64,000 nucleotides of DNA from Polyangiaceae bacterium. Lineage in GTDB: Bacteria; Myxococcota_A; Polyangia; Polyangiales; Polyangiaceae. The translations under genes were made by a program, and so were the position numbers. Location of the stretch: NCBI GenBank assembly GCA_035063585.1, contig JAPSGB010000016.1, forward strand, positions 23,476 to 87,475, written 5' to 3'. Below the pieces are notes generated by a model, which was given only the letters and a program-made list of their open reading frames with translations, ran no database searches and was not told where the DNA came from. Positions 47,094 to 56,248 of the stretch are shown here, one piece after another. The stretch's first letter is position 1; the number at the start of each line of letters is the position of its first letter.

Positions 47094-48644
47094 TCAACGC
47101 GCTTCGGGTCTGAGCGCGGTCATGAGCGAGCGGAGCCCCTCGGCGACCGCGGGCGAAGGAGCGTCGCCGTCCACTCGATAGCCGCCGCGCGCGCGTCCGC
47201 CCTCGTCGGCGAGCCACACCGCAGCCCGCTCGCCCTCGGGGCCGCGCAGCTCGAGCTCGGCGCGCGTTCCACCCGCGCGAACTCGTACGCCCGTCCACTC
47301 GAGCGACCCGAACGGCGAGCGGTGGCGCAGTCGCGCAAGGCGCGCGGCGATGCTCCGCGTCGCGCCGCCTGCGATGGCGTCCGGGCCGAGCGGGTGCAGC
47401 ACGCGGTGCCCCTCCTCGCAGAGCCGGGCCCACAGCACCCGGAGCCCCTCGAGCGCGAGCGCTCGGTCCTGCGGCAGCGCTTCGATGTGCACGCTGAACA
47501 AATCGAAGCTCCCCGCGCCGTCGCCGGGGGACGAGAGCCGCACGGTGAGCACCTGGTCGCCGGCCGCGAGGGTCACGCGCGCGTCGGCGCCGCGCTCCAC
47601 GGCGGCGTGCGCCGACGTGAACGGCGCGGGGGGCGTCCACCCGTCGAGCCGTCGGACGACGGGCGTGAGGTGCAGCGCGAGATGACGGAGCCCGGGATCC
47701 ACCTCGCGCAGTCGCGCCGGCGTGATGGGGACGAGCTCGCTCGTGCCGTAGAGCTCCACGTACTTCTCGAACACCCCGCTGCAGTGCGGTTCGAACACGC
47801 ACGCGGCGCAGCTCTCCGGCTTGAGCTTGTCGCGCCGCTTGACCAGGTACTTGTTCCACGGCCGGCTGAGCGAGCTCTCGCCATCGACGGCGATGGTGTC
47901 GGTCTCCTCGCCGTCATGGTGGATGACGTGCGAGAGCTCCGGCACGATGCAATAGGGCAGATTGCCGATGTTCACGTCGAAATCGTCGGGGAACCCCGCC
48001 ACCATGCGCCGGAGCGGACCGGCCAGATCGCTGTAGCGCGGGAGCATCGCGGCAAACTCCTCTGCAGAGCGCTCGCCGGCGTCGGCCGGGCGCACCATGT
48101 CGAGGTGCAGCTGCCTCACCCCATATCGAGCGAGGAGCTCGGGGAACTCCTCCACCGACTCGAAGTTCGACCGCACCACGCACAGGTTCACGGTGATCCG
48201 CTGGCTTCGCGCGTGCAGGTTCTCGAGCGAGGCGACGATCCGAGCGAAGGAACCGGGCCGGCGCGTGGTCCTCTCGTGGGCCAGCTCATTTGCCCCCTGG
48301 ATCGAGATGCGCCAAGTGAACTTCCCGCCCAGGTCGAGCACCTCGTCGATGAAGCTCCCGCGCGCGGTCTTCACCCCGTTCGTGAAGAGCACGATCTCCT
48401 CGAAGCCGAGCTTCACCGCGTGGCTCACGACCTCCTTGAAGCCGGGCTGCAGGGTGGGTTCGCCGCCGAGGATGGTCAGCTTACGGTGCCCGCGCCCGAA
48501 GGCCTCGGTGATGCGGTCGAGGAGCGGCTCGACGGGCAACGGGCGCGCCCGCCCGAACTCCGTCTGTTGTCCGCTGACGCAAAAGACGCAACGGTTGTTG
48601 CACATGTGGCCGAGCTGGATCTCGACCTGCGTCTTCGGCTCCAT
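47094..48644 (-). CDS. Radical SAM protein with C-terminal Cys cluster (HxsC-like)
   Basis: CNNRCVFC; GGEPT; KPESCAACVFEPHCSGVFEKYVELYG; extra C-terminal domains. Confidence 0.85.
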   Translation of the reverse strand: MEPKTQVEIQLGHMCNNRCVFCVSGQQTEFGRARPLPVEPLLDRITEAFGRGHRKLTILGGEPTLQPGFKEVVSHAVKLGFEEIVLFTNGVKTARGSFIDEVLDLGGKFTWRISIQGANELAHERTTRRPGSFARIVASLENLHARSQRITVNLCVVRSNFESVEEFPELLARYGVRQLHLDMVRPADAGERSAEEFAAMLPRYSDLAGPLRRMVAGFPDDFDVNIGNLPYCIVPELSHVIHHDGEETDTIAVDGESSLSRPWNKYLVKRRDKLKPESCAACVFEPHCSGVFEKYVELYGTSELVPITPARLREVDPGLRHLALHLTPVVRRLDGWTPPAPFTSAHAAVERGADARVTLAAGDQVLTVRLSSPGDGAGSFDLFSVHIEALPQDRALALEGLRVLWARLCEEGHRVLHPLGPDAIAGGATRSIAARLARLRHRSPFGSLEWTGVRVRAGGTRAELELRGPEGERAAVWLADEGGRARGGYRVDGDAPSPAVAEGLRSLMTALRPEAR

Positions 48645-48721
48645 TCGGAGCCATGGTACCTCCCCGCGACCAGGGCGTCGAACGGGGTCAGTGGATGTCG
48701 GTCCGGCGCGAGCCCGCGCGG

Positions 48722-49285
48722 TCAGCTCGTCGCGGGCTCGCGCTTCATGAGGCCGCTGGCGAGCTCGGCGAGGTTCTCGAGGTCGACCACGCGACTCGAC
48801 AAGACCGCGCCGGTCGCCTCGCTCACGAACACGCGGAGCAGGGTGTCGTGGAGCGAGGCCACCACGATGAAGGGCGAGGGGACGCCGTGGACGCGCGCTC
48901 GCGCGAGCACCTGCAGCCCGCTGAGGGAAGTCAGCTGCGCGTTGGTGATGACCAGATCGAACGGCTCCTGCGAGCGGGCCAGCTTCTCGGCCTGCTCCCC
49001 GCTGGTCGCCTCCACGATCTCGGCGCCGAGGCGGCGCAGCACCGGCGCGAGCTGCTCGCGCAGCCCGTGGGCGCGATCCGCGAGGAGGATCTTACGGCGC
49101 GGCCGGAGCGACGGCGGGCCGCTCGCGCCGCTCGAGCGGCTCGGCTCGCGCGGCGCGGTCGCGCTGGGTTCCACCGAGAGATCCGGCTGGCTGCCGCGAT
49201 CCGAGCTGTCGTCGAACACTCCCACGGCAGGGCCTGGTGCAGTTACCGTGCCATCGGCCGACCGGCCGTAAGTTCTCGGGATCAC
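48722..49285 (-). CDS. Atypical (pseudo) response-regulator receiver domain
   Basis: KILLAD...EATSGEQA...FDLVITNAQLTSLSGLQVL; the phospho-Asp position is Asn. Start uncertain. Confidence 0.7.
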   Translation of the reverse strand: MIPRTYGRSADGTVTAPGPAVGVFDDSSDRGSQPDLSVEPSATAPREPSRSSGASGPPSLRPRRKILLADRAHGLREQLAPVLRRLGAEIVEATSGEQAEKLARSQEPFDLVITNAQLTSLSGLQVLARARVHGVPSPFIVVASLHDTLLRVFVSEATGAVLSSRVVDLENLAELASGLMKREPATS

Positions 49286-49384
49286 GCCGGATGCGTGACG
49301 CAGCGCGGCTCGGCGTTTCAGTTGTGCGCTTCACATCTGAAACGGGCCGGACCGCGCTGGGCGGGCCGGGCGCTCCTGGCGAAC

Positions 49385-50986
49385 CTAGTTCGAGAGGAGC
49401 GCAGACCAGTCGAGAGGCTCGGGCGGCTCCCGATCCACGAGGTCGATCTGCGCCTTCTGGAGCTTGCCCGCGAGATCCACGTTGACGGCCTGCCAGCGGG
49501 TGTAGGCGTCGATGACCCAGATTCCGCTCTCGCGCGTGCCGTTGCCGCTCCAGCCGTTGCCGCCGAACGGGAGGTGCGCTTCGGCTCCCGTGGTCGAGTT
49601 GTTGACGCTGGTCATCCCAGCCCGGATCTCCTCCTTGAAGCGCAGCATCGCCTTCGCGTCGCGCGTGTAGATGGCAGAAGAGAGGCCGTAGGGCGTGCCG
49701 TTCGCCGCGGCGATGGCCTCGTCGAGCCCGTCGACCTCGACCAGATTCACGGTGGGGCCGAAGCACTCCTCCTGCGCGATTCGCATGCTCATCTTGACCC
49801 GGTCGAAGATGCGCGGCGTCGCGTAGAGGCCTCGCTTCGCGTCGCCGCTGAACCCGTGCGGCTCCTCGCCCGGGATGACGCGCTTGCCGTCGAGCAGGAG
49901 CTCGGCGCCGTCTTCCAGCCCGATGGCGCGCTGCGCGATCCACTTCTCGAGGAAGCGCGCGTTGATGAACGGGCCATAGTCCACGCTCTCATCGAGAGGG
50001 TCGCCGATCTTGAGCGAGCGAGCGCGCTGCACGAGCTGCTCGCGCACCATCGGCAACACGCGGCGATCGACGATGATGTTGCCGGCGCTGGTGCAGCGCT
50101 GACCGGCGGTGCCGAAGCTCGCCCAGAGCGCGCCCTCGACCGCGAGCTCGAGGTCCGCGTCCGCGAGGATGACCAGCGGGTTCTTTCCTCCGAGCTCGAG
50201 CGACGGAACCTGGAGGTTCCGCCCGCAGATCTCCCCGATCTTGCGTCCGACCGCGGTGGAGCCGGTGAAGCTCACCTTGTCGAGGAGCCCGGCGTCGACC
50301 TGGTCGACGAGGAATTCGCCGGCGCCGCCGCCACCGCCACCGTGAACCAGCGACAGCACGCCCGGCGGCAACCCGGCGCGCGCCCACAGGTCGGTGAAGA
50401 TCGCCGCGGTGCCCGGCGCGTCGTCCGACGGCTTCCACACCACCGCGTTGCCGGTGAGCAGCGCCGGGATGATCTTCCAGCTGGGCACCGCGATCGGGAA
50501 GTTGCCTGCGGTGACCACGCCGACTACGCCGATCGGCCGGCGATACGTGAAGAGCTCCTTGTCGTTGAGCTCGCTCGGCACCGTCTGCCCGTAGAGTCGC
50601 CGGCCTTCGCTCTGAAAGAACTCCGCGGTGTCGATCGCCTCCTGCACGCTGCCGCGCGCCTCGCGGAGCGGCTTGCCCATCTCGCGTGACACGAAGCGGG
50701 ATAGCGGCTCCTTCTGCTCGACCAAGAGGCGCGCCAGGCGCGTCAGCACCTGCGCGCGCTGTGGCGCGGGCGTGCGCGCCCACGCTTGCTGCGCGGGTCG
50801 CGCCTTCTCGCAGGCCTCGCGCACCTCGGCGGCGGCGCTGATCGGCGCGACGGTCACCAGATCGTCGCGGTTCGACGAGCTTCGCCGTTCGAAGAGCTCG
50901 CCCTTCGCTCTGCGCGCTTCACCGCCGATCCAGTTTTCGGCGATGAGCGTTGCGGGGAGGCCGTTCTCCTGAGGTCGCGTCTGCAT
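49385..50986 (-). CDS. Aldehyde dehydrogenase (aminoadipate-semialdehyde-type candidate)
   Basis: TAGNFP, FTGST, LELGGKNP, GQRCTS, EECFGP and HLPFGG. Start re-assigned to ATG 50986. Confidence 0.93.
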   Translation of the reverse strand: MQTRPQENGLPATLIAENWIGGEARRAKGELFERRSSSNRDDLVTVAPISAAAEVREACEKARPAQQAWARTPAPQRAQVLTRLARLLVEQKEPLSRFVSREMGKPLREARGSVQEAIDTAEFFQSEGRRLYGQTVPSELNDKELFTYRRPIGVVGVVTAGNFPIAVPSWKIIPALLTGNAVVWKPSDDAPGTAAIFTDLWARAGLPPGVLSLVHGGGGGGAGEFLVDQVDAGLLDKVSFTGSTAVGRKIGEICGRNLQVPSLELGGKNPLVILADADLELAVEGALWASFGTAGQRCTSAGNIIVDRRVLPMVREQLVQRARSLKIGDPLDESVDYGPFINARFLEKWIAQRAIGLEDGAELLLDGKRVIPGEEPHGFSGDAKRGLYATPRIFDRVKMSMRIAQEECFGPTVNLVEVDGLDEAIAAANGTPYGLSSAIYTRDAKAMLRFKEEIRAGMTSVNNSTTGAEAHLPFGGNGWSGNGTRESGIWVIDAYTRWQAVNVDLAGKLQKAQIDLVDREPPEPLDWSALLSN

Positions 50987-51231
50987 GGCGCGGAATCTCC
51001 CGCGATGACGGAGCCCGCGCAAGGCTCTGGACGCCGGCTCCTCTGACGCGGCGAGTCGAGACCGGCAGCCTCCCGGTCGGCCGGTGGTCGACAGGGACAG
51101 CGGCTTACCGCGTGATCCCGGTGAGATCGATGAGATGCTGGGCCCGGGTGGCGAGCGAGCGAACCGCGCGGCGAGGCGCGCGTCCTTCGAGGAAGTCTCT
51201 TCGCCTCGACCCGGACGCCGCAGCGCCGCGT

Positions 51232-52740
51232 TCAGGGCTGACGCACGAACGGTCGCGCGTTTGCATACTTGAAGAACAGCAGCGCGCCGGCCTCCAAGTC
51301 GAGCTCGAGCCGGGCGGTCGCGGCGCCGGTCGCGGTGAGCGGTCGCCGCGCGATCACGCCCGAGCTCGGGTCGAGCGCGAGCACCGACCGTCGATCGAGC
51401 GTCGGGTCCGCGGAGGATGAAAAATCGAAGCTCAGCGTGAAGCGCTGCGTGTTGGCGCTCCGGTTGGGCCCGATCCCGTTCGCGTGCGCCTGGTTCTGCA
51501 CCATGACGTAGCGCTCGCCGCAGTCATCCCTGAAGATCCCGATCAGCGCGTCGGCGCCGCCGCCGAGCGCCACGCCGCTCAAGTAGCGATCACCGCCCGC
51601 GCCCGGCGAGAAGGTCGCGAGGCTCGCGGGCGCGAGGATGGGCGTCGAGGTGACGTAGCGCACGTCCGTGCTCTCGAGGAGCGCGAGCGATTTACCGAGC
51701 TCGGCGAGCTCGCGGTTCGCCGACGCGGCCGCGGCGTAGAGCGCCGTCTTCGGTGCGGAGTAATCCCCGCCTACGGAGAAGAGGAGCGGCGCGAGATCGG
51801 CGCTGGCGGCCTCGATGGAATAGACGAACCAGGTGTATCCGGTAAACCCGTACACGGCGCCGACGAGCGCGTCCCACCGAACGTCCGAGGGCGTCCCGCT
51901 CGGGCCATCGTCCTTGTAGAAGAAGCTCCGCATGTAGCGGAAATACGGCTTTCCGGCCGCGAGGGCCGCGGTGCGGGTCGCCATGAGCCCGTTCTGGGCG
52001 CTCGTCTTGTACGAATAGTGGTCGTACGAGAGGACGTCGATGTTGGCGGCCTCGATGGCCTGCGCGCGGAGCGCGTTCGCGCCCGAGGAGTCGTTCAGGT
52101 TGATGATGCGGAGCCCGTCGGGATCGGCGCTCGCGACCGCGGCCGCGCCGGCCATCATCGCGTCGAGATCGGCGGCGTCCGCGGGCTCGTCGCCGATCTG
52201 GTAGCCGATGCGGCCAGGTAGGGGCGCCGCGCCGCCGAGCAAGCTGCCGTTCGCACGGCTCGAGCCATCGCGGTCGACCCAAGAGATGTAGCGAAACGCC
52301 GGGTGACCCGCGGCTGCGAACCCGGTGAGCTCAGCCGGGAGCCCCGTCTCCCAGAGGTGTACCGCGGTCGCGCCGAATCCATCGAAGTATTCGCCCACTT
52401 CCGCGGCGCTCGGCGCCGGCATCACCACCGCCAACCCCGAGATCATCATGGGGTTCTCCCGGACCCACGCGCGCCCTCGACCGAGCACTGGGGCCTCGCA
52501 CGCGGGCAGCGCCGCATCGCCAGTGTCCGTCGCGGCGTCCTGCGCGGCGTCGGGTGCCGCCCCGTCGTCTCCCGCGTCGTTCGAGGCGTCCACCACGCTC
52601 GCGCCGTCACCGGTCGCGTCGCTCACCGAGCCGTCGCGCGCGCCGTGCGAAGCGCCATCCGAGCTGCCCGCCGAGCAGGCCGCGGCGAGCGCCAGGCCGG
52701 AGATGAGGAGCCCCCGGCCGCCCCACGCATGAGCTCGCAC
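51232..52740 (-). CDS. Lipoprotein with glycoside-hydrolase-like TIM barrel
   Basis: AGGAGG SD before GTG 52740; lipobox AAAC; GYQIGDEP, DVLSYDHY and GFTGYTWFVY. Confidence 0.6.
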   Translation of the reverse strand: MRAHAWGGRGLLISGLALAAACSAGSSDGASHGARDGSVSDATGDGASVVDASNDAGDDGAAPDAAQDAATDTGDAALPACEAPVLGRGRAWVRENPMMISGLAVVMPAPSAAEVGEYFDGFGATAVHLWETGLPAELTGFAAAGHPAFRYISWVDRDGSSRANGSLLGGAAPLPGRIGYQIGDEPADAADLDAMMAGAAAVASADPDGLRIINLNDSSGANALRAQAIEAANIDVLSYDHYSYKTSAQNGLMATRTAALAAGKPYFRYMRSFFYKDDGPSGTPSDVRWDALVGAVYGFTGYTWFVYSIEAASADLAPLLFSVGGDYSAPKTALYAAAASANRELAELGKSLALLESTDVRYVTSTPILAPASLATFSPGAGGDRYLSGVALGGGADALIGIFRDDCGERYVMVQNQAHANGIGPNRSANTQRFTLSFDFSSSADPTLDRRSVLALDPSSGVIARRPLTATGAATARLELDLEAGALLFFKYANARPFVRQP

Positions 52741-52766
52741 GCTGAACACCTCCTGGCCTCGGCGCC

Positions 52767-53186
52767 TCACCAGAAAAGCCAGAGAACCACGCCGCCGCCG
52801 ACGAGCATCATGGTGGCGACGGAGACGAGCACGGCCCCGATGAGCATCCGGGCCGACCGTCGGGTCGCTGTCTGCAGATGGGACGCGATGAGCTGCTGCT
52901 GGGCTTGTTGGAACTGAGGCGTGAGCCCAGCGCCGAACTGATAGCCGATCTGCGGAGGTACCGGGGCCTGCGCTCCCAGGGAGCCAGCCTCGACTGACCG
53001 CGCCACGCTCACGTCGATCCGCTGCCCGGGCATGAGCGCGCCCATCTGCCGCTCCAAGATCTTGTTGACGAGCTCGGCGTGCTGCTCGGCGCGCGCGTGA
53101 TGTTCGAGCACCGACTTGCAAAACGGACAATTGGGTCGGGTCATGTCCTCGAGGGACAAACCCGCGCCGCAGTTCTTGCACTTCAT
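52767..53186 (-). CDS. Zn-ribbon protein with C-terminal TM helix
   Basis: MKCKNCG...CPFC; Gln-rich linker; terminal hydrophobic helix. Confidence 0.75.
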   Translation of the reverse strand: MKCKNCGAGLSLEDMTRPNCPFCKSVLEHHARAEQHAELVNKILERQMGALMPGQRIDVSVARSVEAGSLGAQAPVPPQIGYQFGAGLTPQFQQAQQQLIASHLQTATRRSARMLIGAVLVSVATMMLVGGGVVLWLFW

Positions 53187-53193
53187 GGCGACC

Positions 53194-54027
53194 TCAAAGC
53201 TTGGACACCGCGTGCGCCGGGATCCACTGCTGCGAACCATTCTGGAACTGCACGAGATACTGGTCCGGAGCAGCTTGCATCACCTGACCCGGGTAGCTGT
53301 TGCCGTCCGACCACTTCACGCTGACCTGCGAGCCGGCGACGATCCCGCCGGTCAGGAAGGCGCCCGCCTGGCCGAACGCGAACCCGAGCGGGTTTGCCGC
53401 GATCGCGGCCCCTGCCTGCTGCGCCTGGAGCATGGCCGGATCTTGCATCGCACGGTGAACCGGATCCGTGTTCGCGTAGGCGATCGCTTCCTGAGCGTTC
53501 GGCTGCGCCATCGCGGCCGCGCTCGAGTCGCGGGTGACTTGAACGCGGCGCGGCGGCGTTCCCGCGCGAATGGCGGCCGCCTCCTGCTCCACTCGCGCGC
53601 TGTGCCCCGCGTACTGCATCATGTTGGCACCCATCGTCTGAGTCCAAAATCCGCCCGCCTGCGTCCAGTCACTCATCGAGACACCGGCCGCTTCGATGGC
53701 GGCCTCGAAGCCGTAGAGCTTGATGAGCGCGCTCACGTGGACGTAGTCCTCGTAGCTCACCCGCGCCGCCCCGCCCTTTCGGCGCGCGAGCGCGGCCTGG
53801 TAGAGGGGCATGAACGCGGTGGCCACGCGCCCCATGAGGCTCATGTCCTGCATCCGCGCGGTCCAGCCGGCCTTCGCCGCCTCGTAGTCGGCGGGACTCA
53901 CGCCTTCTTGCGCGAGGATCGCCGCGGTCTTGGCGCGATCCTGGTCGGCGCCGTCGAGGGCTGCGCCGAGATCGGCGTACCGCTCGAGAGAGAGTCCATG
54001 GATCGGCTCGAACGGGTCCATCGTCAT
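53194..54027 (-). CDS. Helical-repeat protein with C-terminal Tudor/Agenet-like domain
   Basis: GGAGG SD; two helical repeats (SLERYA...GW; SYEDYV...FW); GSQVSVKWSDGNSYPGQV...YLVQFQNGSQQWI. Confidence 0.7.
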   Translation of the reverse strand: MTMDPFEPIHGLSLERYADLGAALDGADQDRAKTAAILAQEGVSPADYEAAKAGWTARMQDMSLMGRVATAFMPLYQAALARRKGGAARVSYEDYVHVSALIKLYGFEAAIEAAGVSMSDWTQAGGFWTQTMGANMMQYAGHSARVEQEAAAIRAGTPPRRVQVTRDSSAAAMAQPNAQEAIAYANTDPVHRAMQDPAMLQAQQAGAAIAANPLGFAFGQAGAFLTGGIVAGSQVSVKWSDGNSYPGQVMQAAPDQYLVQFQNGSQQWIPAHAVSKL

Positions 54028-54179
54028 CGCCTCCGGTCGTGAGAGTAGCTCGCGCACAGTACCCTCGGGCGCGCCGCTCCGCTCACGAAATTCGCACCGC
54101 CCGGCGCGCGCGCGCCGAGCGGCGCGTGAGCTTCCGCCGTGGTTTGCCGGGGCGCGGCCTCGAAGGTAAGAACGCGGCC

Positions 54180-55343
54180 ATGCGGATCCTGGTCCTCGGT
54201 GCGGGTCGGATGGGGCGGGCGGCGGCGTGGGATCTGGCGCGTCAGCCGGGCGTCGAGCAGGTCGTGCTCGCGGATCGTGACCCAGGCGCGCTCGAGCGCG
54301 CGGCCGACGAGCTCGCCCGCTTGCTCGCGCCGCTCGAGCACCCCGCGGCGATCGCCACCGAGCGCGCGGACCTCGAAGATTCGGCCGCGCTCCCCGCGCT
54401 CCTGTCGCCGTATCACGTGGCGCTCTCCAGCGCGGACTACCGCTTCAACGAGGCGCTGGCGCGCGCCGCCATCGCGTCGAAGACGCACCTCTGCGACCTT
54501 GGCGGCAACCTCTTCGTGGTCGAGGCGGAGCTCGCGCTCGACCAGGCGGCGCGCGAGGCCGGGGTCACGGTGGTGCCGGACTGCGGGCTCGCGCCGGGGA
54601 TGGCGGGGCTCCTCGCCGCGCTCGGCGTCCAGCGCCTCGACGAGGCCGAGAGCGCGCAGCTCCGCGTCGGCGGGCTGCCCGCGCACCCGAAGCCGCCCCT
54701 GAACTACAAGCTCGTGTTCAGCGTCCGCGGGCTCGTCAACGAGTACCTCGAGCCCGCCGAGGTGCTCCGCGACGGCCAGCTCGTGCGCGTACCGTCCTTG
54801 ACCGAGCCGGAGCTCATCGAGTTCCCCGAGCCGTTCGGCGCGCTCGAGGCGTTCACCACGAGCGGCGGCTCGTCGACCTTGCCGCGCACGCTCGCTGGCA
54901 GGCTGCGCGAGCTCGACTACAAGACCATCCGCTACCCGGGGCACCTGGCCGTGTTCGCCGGGCTGCACGCGCTCGGCATGTTCGGCGAGGCGCCGGTCGG
55001 CGCCGTGGTGCCCCGCGTGTTCACCGAGCAGATGCTCGAGGCGAGCCTCGAGGACGACGACACCGACGTCGTGCTCCTCCGCGTGAGCGTGGCCGGCAAG
55101 AAGGGCGGCAAGCGCGGGCGGCTCGTCTTCGAGCTCATCGATCGACATAGCCGAGAGACCGGCCACTCCGCGATGGCGCGCACCACGGCCTATCCTGCCG
55201 CGGTGGTCGCGTACATGCTCGCGACCGGCGCCATCGAGCGGCGCGGCGTCTTGCCCGGCGAGCTCGCGGTGCCGCTCGAGGCGTTCCTCGGCGCCGTGCG
55301 CGCGCGCGGCATCGAGGTGAAGGAGCGATGGGAAAACGCCTAG
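54180..55343 (+). CDS. Saccharopine dehydrogenase / lysine 6-dehydrogenase family
   Basis: MRILVLGAGRMG, CDLGGN, DCGLAPG, VGGLP, YKTIRYPGH and SAMARTT. Confidence 0.9.
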   Translation: MRILVLGAGRMGRAAAWDLARQPGVEQVVLADRDPGALERAADELARLLAPLEHPAAIATERADLEDSAALPALLSPYHVALSSADYRFNEALARAAIASKTHLCDLGGNLFVVEAELALDQAAREAGVTVVPDCGLAPGMAGLLAALGVQRLDEAESAQLRVGGLPAHPKPPLNYKLVFSVRGLVNEYLEPAEVLRDGQLVRVPSLTEPELIEFPEPFGALEAFTTSGGSSTLPRTLAGRLRELDYKTIRYPGHLAVFAGLHALGMFGEAPVGAVVPRVFTEQMLEASLEDDDTDVVLLRVSVAGKKGGKRGRLVFELIDRHSRETGHSAMARTTAYPAAVVAYMLATGAIERRGVLPGELAVPLEAFLGAVRARGIEVKERWENA

Positions 55344-56215
55344 CCGCGGGCGTCGCGTCCGCGCTGTTCGGGTGCGCCGCGGCGCCGCTCGGCGCGCCGG
55401 CCGCTCCCGCGCCGCGCCCGCGCGCGGCCGCGCTCTCCGAGCCGCCCGTGGCCCGCGCCGAGCCGACACCCCCTCCCGCGAGCGAGCCCGTCGAGGAGCC
55501 TGCCCCGCCGCGCTTCACTTGCCCGGACGGCATGGCGCTCGTCCTCCGGGTGCAGGGCCCTTACTGCGTGGACCGGTGGGAGGCCTCGCTCGTGATGGTC
55601 GAGCCGGGCGGCTCCGCGAAGCCGTGGCCGCCGAACCAGCGGGTAGACGGCAAAGAGAGCCGCATCTCGGCGGTCACCGTCCCGGGCACGAAGCCGCAGG
55701 GATACATCAGCGGCAAGCAGGCCGCGCGCGCCTGCGAGCACGCGGGCAAGCGGCTCTGCGAGATCGACGAGTGGGTGCTCGCGTGCCGCGGCCCCGCGCG
55801 TACGATTTATCCATATGGAAACGAGCGCCGCGCGAGAGTGTGCAACGATCGCTACAAGAAGCTCGACAACCACCCGGTGACGCGGCTCTTCGAGAAGCAC
55901 GCGCCGCCCGGCACCGACCCGGCGCGCATGTGGTGGCCGGAGTGGATGAACGATCCGCGGCTCTTCGATCTCGATCACAGCGTCGCGCCCACCGGTAGCT
56001 TCGCGGGCTGCACCAACGAGTACGGCGTGTACGACATGGTCGGCAACCTGCACGAGTGGGTGGCCGACGAAGAGGGGACCTTCTTCGGCGGCTACCTCAT
56101 GGACACCTTCCAGAACGGCGAGGGCTGCGAGTACCGCACCACCGCGCACCCCTACGACTACCACGACTACTCGACCGGCTTTCGCTGCTGCGCCGACGCC
56201 CGCCGGGACGAGTAG
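55328..56215 (+). CDS. FGE-sulfatase (SUMF1/EgtB/PvdO) domain lipoprotein
   Basis: CPDGM, YCVDRWEA, GKRLCEIDEWVLAC, YDMVGNLHEWV and TGFRCC. Confidence 0.88.
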   Translation: MGKRLAAGVASALFGCAAAPLGAPAAPAPRPRAAALSEPPVARAEPTPPPASEPVEEPAPPRFTCPDGMALVLRVQGPYCVDRWEASLVMVEPGGSAKPWPPNQRVDGKESRISAVTVPGTKPQGYISGKQAARACEHAGKRLCEIDEWVLACRGPARTIYPYGNERRARVCNDRYKKLDNHPVTRLFEKHAPPGTDPARMWWPEWMNDPRLFDLDHSVAPTGSFAGCTNEYGVYDMVGNLHEWVADEEGTFFGGYLMDTFQNGEGCEYRTTAHPYDYHDYSTGFRCCADARRDE

Positions 56216-56248
56216 AGGGGGCTTTTCCGGCGCGGCCGGCGGCGCGGG

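Noticed and set aside
37124..51126. Shared 12-mer ATCCCGGTGAGA upstream of the RNase E/G and ALDH genes
   Set aside because: One 12-mer match among several kb of GC-rich intergenic DNA is expected by chance, and the flanks do not align.
50990..51230. Lysine riboswitch upstream of the ALDH
   Set aside because: An AGAGGAGC-like word occurs on the minus strand but only about 50 nt before the start, too short for the aptamer, and the other conserved elements are not seen.
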